Positions 19,227-28,372 of a DNA stretch of 64,000 nucleotides are shown one piece after another. A program made the position numbers and the translations under genes. Under the pieces are notes generated by a model. That model did not search any database, had not been told where the DNA came from, and saw nothing but the letters and a program-made list of their open reading frames with translations. Within the stretch, counting starts at the first letter, position 1. Each line of letters opens with the position of its first letter. This stretch comes from Ignavibacteria bacterium (GTDB lineage Bacteria; Bacteroidota; Ignavibacteria; Ignavibacteriales; SURF-24): the NCBI GenBank assembly GCA_037140715.1, contig JBAXDX010000001.1, positions 8,000 to 71,999 on the forward strand, in the 5' to 3' direction.

Positions 19227-21863
19227 TCATAATCCAAAGCCCTGCATGGAAGGAATAAAAATAAATTCCAGTTTCCCTTTATCTCCGAGCGTTACCTTTA
19301 TTACAGTTCCATCAGTCTGGTTATCTCTAAGGAGAATCTGCGAGAGAGGATTTATCAGATAACTCTGTATAGTGCGCTTTAACGGTCTGGCTCCATAGGT
19401 TATGTTATAGCCTATTTCCGCCAGCCAGTCTTTAGCTTCGTTATCTATTTCAATCTTCAGATTTTTTGACTTAAGCAATCCGGTTACATGTTCGAGCTGA
19501 ATGTCCACAATCTCTCTAATCTCCGACTTGAGTAATGGCTTAAATAGTACTATCTCATCAACCCTGTTCAGGAATTCAGGGCGTATAGTTTTCCTCAGCA
19601 ATTCCGCAAGCTGTACCCGGAGGTTATCAAGAACGAATGGAAGCTCCTCTTCTGTTGTATTCTCCAGCTTATCCTGTATAATGTGCGAACCAAGGTTGGA
19701 TGTCATTATAATTATAGTATTTTTGAAATTTACAGTTCTGCCCTGATTGTCTGTAAGGCGGCCATCATCAAGCACCTGAAGCAAAATATTAAAGATGTCC
19801 GAATGAGCCTTTTCGATTTCATCCAGCAATACCACAGAATAGGGACGGCGTCTTACGGCTTCGGTCAACTGTCCGCCCTCTTCATAGCCCACATAACCCG
19901 GAGGCGCTCCGATAAGACGTGAGACGGAGAACTTTTCCATATACTCGCTCATGTCAATTCTGACCATTGCATGCTCATCATCGAAAAGAAAGTCGGCGAG
20001 GGCGCGTGCAAGTTCCGTTTTACCTACGCCCGTTGTACCGAGAAAGATAAAAGAACCGACAGGCTTATTAACGTCCTGAAGTCCGGTACGGCTTCTGCGG
20101 ATTGCATTTGACACGGCTGAGACAGCCTCATTCTGTCCGATTATTCTACGGTGAAGTTCCTCTTCCATTCTAAGAAGTTTGCTTCGTTCGCTCTCAAGCA
20201 TTCTGCTGACCGGAATGCCTGTCCATTTGCCCACTACTTCAGCGATATCCTCGGCATCGACTTCCTCTTTGAGCATTCTGTGCTGTTTCTGAATTTCTGC
20301 AAGTCCGAGTGATTCCTGCTTAAGTTTTTTCTCCAGCGAAGCTATTGTACCATAACGCAGTTCAGCGACCCTGCCAAGATCACCAGTACGCTCATACTGT
20401 TCCGACTGAAGTCTGGCAGTTTCGATATCGCTTTTCATTTTCCGAATGATCTGGATTTTATTTTTCTCGAGATGCCAGTGAATTTTAAGTTCCTTACGCT
20501 CATCGCTAAGACCGCGCAACTCACGGCTGAGGTCTTCAAGTCTTTTAGAATTATCATGGTCACGTTCGAGGGCAACCTTCTCAATTTCGAGCTGTTTAAT
20601 TTTTCTTTCCACCGCATCAAGTTCCTCGGGCATCGAGTCAATTTCAATTCTGAGTTTTGAAGCCGCTTCATCGATCAGGTCAATTGCCTTATCAGGCAGG
20701 AACCTGTCGGCGATATATCTGGCAGAAAGCTGAACAGCAGCAACAATAGCGGAGTCAGTAATACGCACGCCGTGGTGGACTTCATATCTTTCCTTGAGAC
20801 CGCGCAATATTGAGACAGCGTCTTCTTCGCCTGGTTCACCAACGAGCACAGGCTGGAAGCGGCGTTCAAGGGCGGCATCTTTCTCGATATACTTTTTATA
20901 TTCGTTTAATGTTGTCGCACCGATTGCATGCAGTTCGCCCCTTGCGAGGGCAGGCTTTAAGATATTTGCCGCATCCATTGAGCCTTGCGCGGCTCCGGCC
21001 CCAACCAGAGTGTGAAGTTCATCGATAAACAATATTATTTCGCCATTTGAATCCTGCACCTCTTTTATAACAGCTTTTAGTCTTTCCTCAAACTGTCCAC
21101 GGAACTGCGCACCGGCAACGAGTGCGCCTAAATCAAGGGCTATAATTTTCTTTGTCTTTAAGTTTTCGGGCACATCTCCGCTTATTATTCTGTGGGCAAT
21201 GCCTTCGGCAATGGCTGTTTTGCCAACTCCGGGTTCGCCTATTAATACAGGATTATTTTTCGTGCGGCGGGAGAGTACCTGGAGGACACGCCTGATTTCC
21301 TCATCACGACCAATGACGGGATCAAGCTTTCCTGTACGGGTAAGTTCATTTAAGTCACGCCCGTATTTTTTTAGTGACTGGTAAGTATCCTCCTGGTTCT
21401 GTGAAGTTACGCGCTGACTGCCACGAATATCCTTAAGGGCTGTAAGGATGGAATCTCTTGTAACACCATTATCGCGTATTAACTGCCCTGCCCTGCCGTC
21501 ATTAGCCACCATTGCAAGAAGCAGGTGCTCAGTTGATACAAATTCGTCCTTAAGCTTCTGTGCCTCATCGGTTGCCGCATCCAGTAAGCGGCCGGTTGTC
21601 TGCGACAGCTGCTGATTGCCGGCTCCGGCACCTGAGACCTTTGGCAGACGCTCGAGAAGTTCGTTTACTTTAAGTTTTATATGGTTAAGGTTTACCTCTG
21701 TTTTCCTCAGGAAGGAAACAGCAATACTATTATCATCCTGAATCATCGCGGCAAACAAATGTTCCGGTTCGACAATCTGGTTATTATAGTTTTGCGCAAT
21801 ATCCATTGCATTTTGAATAATTTCCTGCGCTTTTACTGTAAGTTTGTTTAAATTAAAAGCCAT
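19227..21863 (-). CDS. clpB: ATP-dependent chaperone ClpB
   Basis: Two AAA+ modules ([13 protein letters not shown]; [13 protein letters not shown]) separated by a long coiled-coil M-domain. ATG at 21863 is preceded by AGGTGAG; the ORF track extends to GTG at 21872. Confidence 0.96.
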   Translation of the reverse strand: MAFNLNKLTVKAQEIIQNAMDIAQNYNNQIVEPEHLFAAMIQDDNSIAVSFLRKTEVNLNHIKLKVNELLERLPKVSGAGAGNQQLSQTTGRLLDAATDEAQKLKDEFVSTEHLLLAMVANDGRAGQLIRDNGVTRDSILTALKDIRGSQRVTSQNQEDTYQSLKKYGRDLNELTRTGKLDPVIGRDEEIRRVLQVLSRRTKNNPVLIGEPGVGKTAIAEGIAHRIISGDVPENLKTKKIIALDLGALVAGAQFRGQFEERLKAVIKEVQDSNGEIILFIDELHTLVGAGAAQGSMDAANILKPALARGELHAIGATTLNEYKKYIEKDAALERRFQPVLVGEPGEEDAVSILRGLKERYEVHHGVRITDSAIVAAVQLSARYIADRFLPDKAIDLIDEAASKLRIEIDSMPEELDAVERKIKQLEIEKVALERDHDNSKRLEDLSRELRGLSDERKELKIHWHLEKNKIQIIRKMKSDIETARLQSEQYERTGDLGRVAELRYGTIASLEKKLKQESLGLAEIQKQHRMLKEEVDAEDIAEVVGKWTGIPVSRMLESERSKLLRMEEELHRRIIGQNEAVSAVSNAIRRSRTGLQDVNKPVGSFIFLGTTGVGKTELARALADFLFDDEHAMVRIDMSEYMEKFSVSRLIGAPPGYVGYEEGGQLTEAVRRRPYSVVLLDEIEKAHSDIFNILLQVLDDGRLTDNQGRTVNFKNTIIIMTSNLGSHIIQDKLENTTEEELPFVLDNLRVQLAELLRKTIRPEFLNRVDEIVLFKPLLKSEIREIVDIQLEHVTGLLKSKNLKIEIDNEAKDWLAEIGYNITYGARPLKRTIQSYLINPLSQILLRDNQTDGTVIKVTLGDKGKLEFIFIPSMQGFGL

Positions 21864-21893
21864 AATTCTCACCTGTTAATCAAAGATTATTAC

Positions 21894-22214
21894 TTAAAAA
21901 TCTAGAATAAAATAACGGAAGGTACCTAAAAGTGCATATAGTGCATTTAAAATTCTTTTTCTTCCTCGCCCGAAACAGAAATCTCGTATATTCTCAAATT
22001 TATCACCTACAGCGGTTTTCCATGCTTCTTTCTCTTTTTGCTGCAATCCGGTTTTTGCATATTTATTAAGCGCACCTCTTAAACTTTTATTTACGGGAAC
22101 TGTTTTCACGCCAACTGCTTTCGGCTCCGGATTTTCCTCGCCTTCAAAAATTATAATTTCAACCATCCGTCCCTTATATTTTTCCAGTTCCTTTATCTTC
22201 ACTACGTTGTTCAT
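21894..22214 (-). CDS. hypothetical small protein upstream of clpB
   Basis: 106-aa ORF in the same orientation as clpB. No family recognised and the C-terminal third looks non-protein-like. Confidence 0.3.
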   Translation of the reverse strand: MNNVVKIKELEKYKGRMVEIIIFEGEENPEPKAVGVKTVPVNKSLRGALNKYAKTGLQQKEKEAWKTAVGDKFENIRDFCFGRGRKRILNALYALLGTFRYFILDF

Positions 22215-22331
22215 ATTGTAAACTTAACCTATACATTGATTATTTGCAAATCTTACAATATATTTTTGTAAGCGACTGAGCATCTGCCATTAAATCAGTT
22301 AATATTCACATTATCAGGCAGAAGAACCCAC

Positions 22332-23021
22332 AAATTTCGACCGCGAAACTGTTTGAATTCACCCCATACGAAAAAATTTCATCCCACAGCTATAATTTCC
22401 AGGCAATTGGACAGGCGCAACGGCCGCACAGCTTTAAATTTCGACCGCATACATATAAAATTTGACCGCATTGATTCTAAAATTCACTGCATTGAAAGAC
22501 GCGGCGGCCGTATGGATATAATTTTCCGCCGTTTGGATATAATTTTTCTTCGTTTTGATTCCGGCGGAGTTCGTTTTGCTCCCGGCTGAGAATGTTTCGT
22601 ATAAAATTTCATCTGCAGTGAGTGCGTCCGGCTTTGTTTCGATATAAAATTCAGCTGCTGCGACAGTAAATTGAAATGCTGTGCTGTAAAACAAAACCGT
22701 TTTACTTATAAATTTATTTTTTATGCTGTAAATTGAAAATGTTTCATGCCTGTTTAAAAATGTTTTAGTTCCGGCAAAGAATGATATGCCGGAAAGCGGA
22801 TTCGTTTTTGTAAAAGCAGACTTCGTTTTTCAAAAAACAGCACTTGTTTTGACAAAAAAAATCTTCGTTTTTAAAGATGCGGCGACTGCGATAGAATAAA
22901 TTTTTCTCGTTTTTGAAAAAAATGGATTCGTTTTTACAAAAGTAAACTCCGTTTTAACAGATGCAGCACGCGTTTTAGTAGAAATTCACTCCGTTTAGAT
23001 GTGAATTCGGATGATGAAAGG
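22332..23021. repeat. degenerate tandem array with strict 21-bp phase (about 33 units)
   Basis: CGTTT(T/G/A) starts at 22530, 22551, 22572, 22698, 22803, 22824, 22866, 22908, 22929, 22950, 22971 and 22992, all equal to 22530 + 21n. Related TGTTT/CGCAT/TGCTG cores fill other phase positions back to 22341. A/T runs alternate with the cores. Confidence 0.8.
22983..23021 (+). repeat. left copy of 39-bp direct repeat bounding the defence islet
   Basis: AATTCACTCCGTTTAGATGTGAATTCGGATGATGAAAGG matches 28318-28356 at 38/39 positions. Confidence 0.9.
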
Positions 23022-23068
23022 CATTTATAAATATATAGATTATAATTATTCCTGCTCTAAAAACCAGT

Positions 23069-23112
23069 AAAAATAATTGTCGTCAAACGATAGTTCTAAA
23101 TGCCGCTAATCA
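23069..23112 (+). repeat. left copy of 44-bp direct repeat (inner pair)
   Basis: AAAAATAATTGTCGTCAAACGATAGTTCTAAATGCCGCTAATCA matches 26923-26966 at 40/44 positions. Confidence 0.85.
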
Positions 23113-23753
23113 GAATCTGAATGCCCTTTTTGTCCTCCGGTCGGATGCCTGCTTTTTTCTTTTGTGTTTTTCGGAAAATGATGATTCATAACATCACCTG
23201 ATGGCGGAAGACTGCTGTTATGGCCGTCTGAATGTAACACCGGCTCTGATTTCTTCAACCGCTCATCAGGTATTTCTATTTTTAATTCCGGCTCAATGAT
23301 ATAACTGATTACGGACTCACGACCCTGATTTATGTCTTTCTGTCAGATTTATCATGGGGTTCTGTATATCAAGTTTTACTTTAATATGCAGGACATGTCT
23401 TATTATTTTATAACATTTTTTTATTTATGCTGAGTAGTTACATTTTTTTGTATATTTAATGAAAGAAAAAGTTCTGCAAAGTTTTATCAGATTAAACGAT
23501 ATAATGAAATTCATAAATTTATTAGTTTATAAGTTCAACTATCTATAAAAGTAAGGATTTACGAAAATATATAAAATTTTATCGCCAGTAGATTACAATA
23601 CGATTACTCATTTTAAGCAATATGGAGCAAAAAACATGAGTATATAATAGAAAAATGATTTTTTAGTTGCTTTTGAATACTACATATTAAAATATAGAAA
23701 GTATGAGCAGAAATCGTACTGGATTTTATTAACTAAAATGATAAGACTAACAA

Positions 23754-24854
23754 ATGAATTATTATGAAAAAATTAGAGAATTGACAAGAAACGTTCCAAC
23801 AACATTAGTGGACTTTAATTTACGTAGAGAACCGGCAAGAACGCCAACTCAGGCGTCTTCAAATTTTATAACAAACAAAGAACAAGGGGACTGGGCAGAA
23901 TATCTTATCTTCCGCGCAATTAATGAAACATCAAAGAATTTTGTAGCTGTAAAATATGGTAAATCAGATAATCTTGTCGCCGGCGAAGAAGGATTTGATA
24001 CTTTTTATCAATCTTTTCAAGAAGAACTTGATTCCATAGGTAAACGACCAGATTTATTAATATTTAAGAAAACTGATTTTGATGATAAGCTGGGAGTCAA
24101 CATTAGCAATATTCCATATCACCAAATTACAGAGTATGTTAAAAAAGCTATTGCCGGAATTGAGGTCAGGTCAAGCTCTTTTTTAATTGACCAGTACGAA
24201 GCTGAAATGCAATCGCGAACAGAACGGTTTACGAGAATTGCTTTAGAGCTCAGAGACAACATATTATCTGAATATCATGATATCCTTAATGTTTCACCAC
24301 GACAGAAATACATTTCCGTTTTAGAAGGTATTTCTAACGAAACTCTTAGTATTACGGATTTTAAAGTCCCTGGGTGGAAATCTTCGGACAGGCTTGTTCA
24401 ACTAAATAATCAGTTTAAGAACCTAAAAAAAGCAATTAAGGAAATTCAAAAGAGGGATTATCTTTCCATAACTCCCAAAGTAGAAGACATCAAAGTTGTT
24501 TATAAATGGATTGAAACTTTCAATGTACCTCATTTTTATTTCCAGGTTTTTTTTGATAAAGTCTATGGCATTTCCTTTGAGCATATTCTTGAAATAATAT
24601 CAGATACTGACAATGACGGCGTAATATTTTCAGTAGAAACAGATACAAAAAATCAAAATAAAACGACCATAAAAATAAATTCAAAAACCGGGGTTCAAAT
24701 AGCTTATAAGGTTGACGAACCAGACCATAAGAGTGTAAGAAAAGAAATAGAGCGGGGCAGATTGCTTTTTTATGTAAGCTTTAATGGAGGAACCGCTTAT
24801 TTAGATGTAGATAACCTAAAAAATATTTTAACACTAAGCGAAGAAGAATTTTAA
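23754..24854 (+). CDS. putative type II restriction endonuclease (PD-(D/E)xK-like)
   Basis: 366 aa. It contains ..KRPDLLIF.. followed about 35 aa later by ..GIEVRSS.., a PD...ExK/R-like nuclease core. Its stop overlaps the ATG of the adjacent methyltransferase by 1 nt (TAATG). Confidence 0.55.
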   Translation: MNYYEKIRELTRNVPTTLVDFNLRREPARTPTQASSNFITNKEQGDWAEYLIFRAINETSKNFVAVKYGKSDNLVAGEEGFDTFYQSFQEELDSIGKRPDLLIFKKTDFDDKLGVNISNIPYHQITEYVKKAIAGIEVRSSSFLIDQYEAEMQSRTERFTRIALELRDNILSEYHDILNVSPRQKYISVLEGISNETLSITDFKVPGWKSSDRLVQLNNQFKNLKKAIKEIQKRDYLSITPKVEDIKVVYKWIETFNVPHFYFQVFFDKVYGISFEHILEIISDTDNDGVIFSVETDTKNQNKTTIKINSKTGVQIAYKVDEPDHKSVRKEIERGRLLFYVSFNGGTAYLDVDNLKNILTLSEEEF

Positions 24855-26452
24855 TGGCGTATATAAATGTAAATAATATTTCCGATGAAGTTGAACGAGA
24901 ATATTCGGCTTCCACGCCTGTTGAACATAGAAAAAAATACGCTCAGTTTTTTACCCCGCCGATTATTGCTGATCTGATGGCGACATGGATTATCGGAAAT
25001 AAGAAATTGGAAGTTGTTCTGGAGCCGGCTTTTGGGCTTGGCATTTTTTCGAGAACTCTACTTAATAAAAAGTCCGGTATAATAATTAACGGGTTTGAAG
25101 TTGACAAGAAAATCTATCAAAAATCATTAGACTTATATAAAAATGAAAAGAATATTTCTATTCAGTTCAAAGATTATATGTATAATGATTGGGAAAATAA
25201 ATACGATGGCATTATGTGTAATCCTCCATACTTCAAATTCCACGACTATGATAACAAGAATATTCTTAATGAGATAGAAGAAAAAACATCTTATAAACTC
25301 AACGGGTTTACAAATTTATATGCTCTTTTTCTTCTAAAGTCTATTTACCAGCTAAATGAGAACGGCAGAGCGGCTTATATTATTCCCTCAGAACTTTTGA
25401 ATTCTGACTATGGTAAAAAAGTAAAAAAATATTTAGTAGAAACTAAAACGCTAAGACATGTAATCATAATAGATTTCGAAGAAAACGTTTTTGATGGCGC
25501 ATTAACAACCGCATCTATACTCTTATTCGCAAATGATGATGAAGCTGCCAGCGTTCAATTTCATAATATTAAAAATGTCACCGCTCTTCACCCAATAAAA
25601 AAAATAATAGATGAATATCCGGACAATAAAACAAATTTATGTTCTATAAAAATTGAAGAGCTTAAACCAGCAATTAAGTGGCGGGCTTATTATCAGGAAC
25701 AAAATTATAAAAAATATAAACACTTCGTGCCATTTGGAACTTATGGAAAAGTAGTAAGAGGAATAGCAACCGGCGCAAATGAATATTTTACCTTTAATCC
25801 ATCGAAGGCAAAACAGTTCGGTATAAATCAGAAGTATTTATTGCCCTGTATATGTAAGTCTGTCGATATTAAGGGTTCTTTTTTTACAGAAATAGAATTT
25901 GAACAATTACAGAAAAATAATAAACACGCGTTACTTCTTAATGCTATCAACCCGATAGATGACTCTGTAAGGAAGTATATTTCAATAGGAGAAAAAGACG
26001 GGATAGATAAAAAGTTCCTGACTTCTCATAGAAATCCCTGGTATGCTTTAGAGAATAGACTGCCTGCGCCTATCCTGGTATCTGTTTTTAATAGAAACGG
26101 ATTGCGGTTTATTAGAAATGAAGCAGGTATCTCAAATCTTACAACCTTTCACTGTATGTATATAAACAAATACTTCATTCATAAAACAGACTTGCTCTTT
26201 GCTTATCTGCTTACCGATATTTCAAAAGAAATATTCGGAGATAACCGCAGAGAATATGGCAATGGTCTTCAAAAATATGAGCCGAATGATATAAATGGAG
26301 CAAAAATATTGGACTTAGAATTGATTGACTCCAAAATAGAAAAAGTAATACTGCAACTATTCAATAGTTATAGGGAATCAGTTCTAAACCGGCAGCCAAA
26401 TGATAATTATATCAAAGAAATAGAGACTCATCTTTTGAAAATCTTCTGCTAA
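24854..26452 (+). CDS. gamma-class N6-adenine DNA methyltransferase (TaqI/Eco57I-like)
   Basis: 532 aa with the order QFFTPP (motif X), LEPAFGLG (motif I) and CNPPYF (motif IV NPPY), then a long C-terminal target-recognition region. Confidence 0.9.
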   Translation: MAYINVNNISDEVEREYSASTPVEHRKKYAQFFTPPIIADLMATWIIGNKKLEVVLEPAFGLGIFSRTLLNKKSGIIINGFEVDKKIYQKSLDLYKNEKNISIQFKDYMYNDWENKYDGIMCNPPYFKFHDYDNKNILNEIEEKTSYKLNGFTNLYALFLLKSIYQLNENGRAAYIIPSELLNSDYGKKVKKYLVETKTLRHVIIIDFEENVFDGALTTASILLFANDDEAASVQFHNIKNVTALHPIKKIIDEYPDNKTNLCSIKIEELKPAIKWRAYYQEQNYKKYKHFVPFGTYGKVVRGIATGANEYFTFNPSKAKQFGINQKYLLPCICKSVDIKGSFFTEIEFEQLQKNNKHALLLNAINPIDDSVRKYISIGEKDGIDKKFLTSHRNPWYALENRLPAPILVSVFNRNGLRFIRNEAGISNLTTFHCMYINKYFIHKTDLLFAYLLTDISKEIFGDNRREYGNGLQKYEPNDINGAKILDLELIDSKIEKVILQLFNSYRESVLNRQPNDNYIKEIETHLLKIFC

Positions 26453-26666
26453 GAAACTCATCGTTTCGCTATATCCAAATCATACTCAGGTTTGTAAATA
26501 TTTTTGTATAGCTGAGGAAAACAAACATCAGATGAATATGTTTTTTTTGCTCCAGCAGAGATAAGAGCGCTGCCCTCCTTGCCTATATTAGTGAGACAAA
26601 AAATACAGATAAAATAAGACTGAGGGTAAAGGAGAGAATAAAGTGATAAGTCATAGTGTAAATACC

Positions 26667-26720
26667 GAAACATCTGAAACGGAAGGATCCCGAAGGGCGG
26701 GTGGAGTTTCAGATGTTTCA
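26667..26720. repeat. perfect 14-bp inverted repeat, 26-nt GC-rich loop
   Basis: GAAACATCTGAAAC (26667-26680) pairs with GTTTCAGATGTTTC (26707-26720). Confidence 0.7.
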
Positions 26721-26922
26721 TCGCAAAAAAAAGCAGTCCCGGATTCAGAGGTAAAAGTACCGGTAAGATGCCCCAGGTATATAGAGAACTTTAAGCAGGA
26801 AGTCCTGAAACATGTCTGTGAATTACGAGGGGGTTATAGAAACACAACTAATTTTATTCATATGATTTACTTTGTGGCGGGTAAATTAAAGTATGATTAC
26901 CCACTATAAACAACATAGACCC

Positions 26923-26966
26923 AAAAATAATTGTCGTCAACCGGTAATTCTAAATGTCGCTAATCA
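26923..26966 (+). repeat. right copy of 44-bp direct repeat (inner pair)
   Basis: Matches 23069-23112 at 40/44 positions. It lies 12 nt beyond the stop of the macrodomain gene. Confidence 0.85.
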
Positions 26967-26977
26967 AATTGTAAAAG

Positions 26978-28021
26978 CTAATAATTGTATAAGTAATTTT
27001 GGAATTCTTTTAATCGCGCATAAGTAACCTTAATATATTCAGGCTTCATTATGTTTCTTTTTCTTTCATTCCATTCATATACTTTTGTTACCGCAGCTTC
27101 GTAATTGTCCAATAATGAAGGGTCTTCATTAATTACGAAATCAACTGTTGACAGCAATTCCATGCCAAAAGGAAATTCAAACCCTTCGATTAATGAATAA
27201 ACCTTTTCTAATCTGTCTTTTTGTTCATCAGAGCAATTTTCATTTGTAAATAAATCAACAACAGACAGCATTTCTTTTTTAAGAGTGATACAATCAAAAG
27301 GTTTTGCATCCTTAAATTTCATTCCGTCAAGATAAGTCCCGTCCATATCGCTTAATACATGAACTAATTTACCGGCATAGGGACCATAAAGATTTCTTTG
27401 ATAATCCAGTCGAAGATTTTCGCCAAATCTTTGAAGAAAATAGACTAATTTTTGAGCTTCAAGCAAAGTAAGGTCTGTCCGATAACGGTTTAGAATCATA
27501 AGAACTAATGCTCTGACCTTAGTCAGTTTGGGAGGTCTCGCATTTATCAGAATATTATTATAAGCACTTTCTGAAGGCTCGTATATTATTACATCAAGGT
27601 CTTCAATACCAGACATATTATTTAGAATTATCTGCTTCACTTCGTCCCAGTTTAACCCTCCGTTACCACATCCTAAAGGCGGAATGGCAACAGACTTTAT
27701 TGAGTAATTTTTAATTACTTCTTTAAGATTAACAAGCCCGGTTTCAATATAATCAATTTTAGACGGGTTCCTCCAATGTTTCTTGGTGGGAAAATTGATT
27801 ATATATCGTGGTTTAGTAATCTGTGTGGTTTCTGTTACAAACATTTTACCGATGTCAAGCTTATTGGTTTTAGCGGCATTTTCATAAAGTTTAAAGTTAT
27901 AAGGATACATCTTCTTAAATTGAATAGCTATTCCCTTGCCCATAACCCCCATAGTATTTATGGTATTTACGATTGCATCGGTTTCGGACTCTAATATATT
28001 TCCTTTCACAAATCGTATCAT
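26978..28021 (-). CDS. darG: macrodomain protein, DarG-like antitoxin (ADP-ribosyl-DNA glycohydrolase family)
   Basis: The N-terminal macrodomain (MIRFVKGNILESETDAIVNTINTMGVMGKGIAIQFK...YIINFPTKKHWRNPSK...IPPLGCGNGGLNW) closely follows the DarG macrodomain pattern as I recall it from M. tuberculosis and Thermus. There is a ~190-aa helical C-terminal domain (..EAQKLVYFLQ..YGPY..). The ATG at 28021 overlaps the upstream stub's stop by 1 nt. Confidence 0.75.
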   Translation of the reverse strand: MIRFVKGNILESETDAIVNTINTMGVMGKGIAIQFKKMYPYNFKLYENAAKTNKLDIGKMFVTETTQITKPRYIINFPTKKHWRNPSKIDYIETGLVNLKEVIKNYSIKSVAIPPLGCGNGGLNWDEVKQIILNNMSGIEDLDVIIYEPSESAYNNILINARPPKLTKVRALVLMILNRYRTDLTLLEAQKLVYFLQRFGENLRLDYQRNLYGPYAGKLVHVLSDMDGTYLDGMKFKDAKPFDCITLKKEMLSVVDLFTNENCSDEQKDRLEKVYSLIEGFEFPFGMELLSTVDFVINEDPSLLDNYEAAVTKVYEWNERKRNIMKPEYIKVTYARLKEFQNYLYNY

Positions 28022-28269
28022 TAAAAATACCACCTTTCTTGTTTTTTGACTATTATTTTTAGTCCCGTTTTTCCTGCTTCTTTTTCAATGTAATTTAGCA
28101 TTTTATCATTATAAGAAGCAATGCCCGATATAGAGTTTGCCGGGAAGCAGGAGAATTTAAGAGTTTCCAGTAGCTGCCCGTAAAACCCCGGTACCTGTTT
28201 TTGTCCGGAGAGCCGCACAGAGCAAAGAAACAGGACTGCCATGAACGGCAGAGACGGGCAGTAATTCAC
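28021..28269 (-). pseudogene. darT: 5'-truncated darT-like (DUF4433) toxin remnant
   Basis: The 82-codon ORF ends ..LLETLKFSCFPANSISGIASYND...KKQERWYF*. This resembles the DarT C-terminus (..AEFLV..P...I..I.V...WYY). The frame is closed by a stop at 28321-28323 inside the right direct repeat, so at most about 100 codons exist versus about 200-230 for DarT. The N-terminal NAD-binding half is missing. Confidence 0.5.
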
Positions 28270-28317
28270 TTCAAAGCTGAAAGGCAGGAATAATTTCAGG
28301 GATAAAAGTAATGAAAT

Positions 28318-28356
28318 AATTCACTCCGTTTAGATGTGAATTCGGATGATTAAAGG
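28318..28356 (+). repeat. right copy of 39-bp direct repeat bounding the defence islet
   Basis: AATTCACTCCGTTTAGATGTGAATTCGGATGATTAAAGG matches 22983-23021 at 38/39 positions. Confidence 0.9.
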
Positions 28357-28372
28357 GAATTTGCTACGCACT

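Noticed and set aside
22353-22694. ORFs 22353-22589 (+) and 22434-22694 (-) inside the phased array
   Set aside because: Same reasoning as above. The apparent 7-aa periodicity comes from the 21-bp DNA period. Both strands are open over the same stretch, every frame is interrupted elsewhere in the array, and there are no start signals.
23113-23350. Minus-strand open frame ending in the left 44-bp repeat (..IEPELKIEIPDERLKKSEPVLHSDGHNSSLPPSGDV..)
   Set aside because: It has no plausible start codon in its upstream part, is under 60 codons from any ATG/GTG/TTG, and matches no recognisable family. It may be a gene fragment but cannot be supported.
26643-26909. 88-aa ORF whose middle (RCPRYIENFKQEVLKHVCELRGGY) resembles the N-terminus of IS3-family OrfA (R.YS.EFK.EAV.LV)
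   Set aside because: The similarity covers only about 15 residues recalled from memory. There is no DDE domain, no inverted repeats and no frameshift site. It is compatible with an IS remnant and mentioned as context only, not called as a feature.
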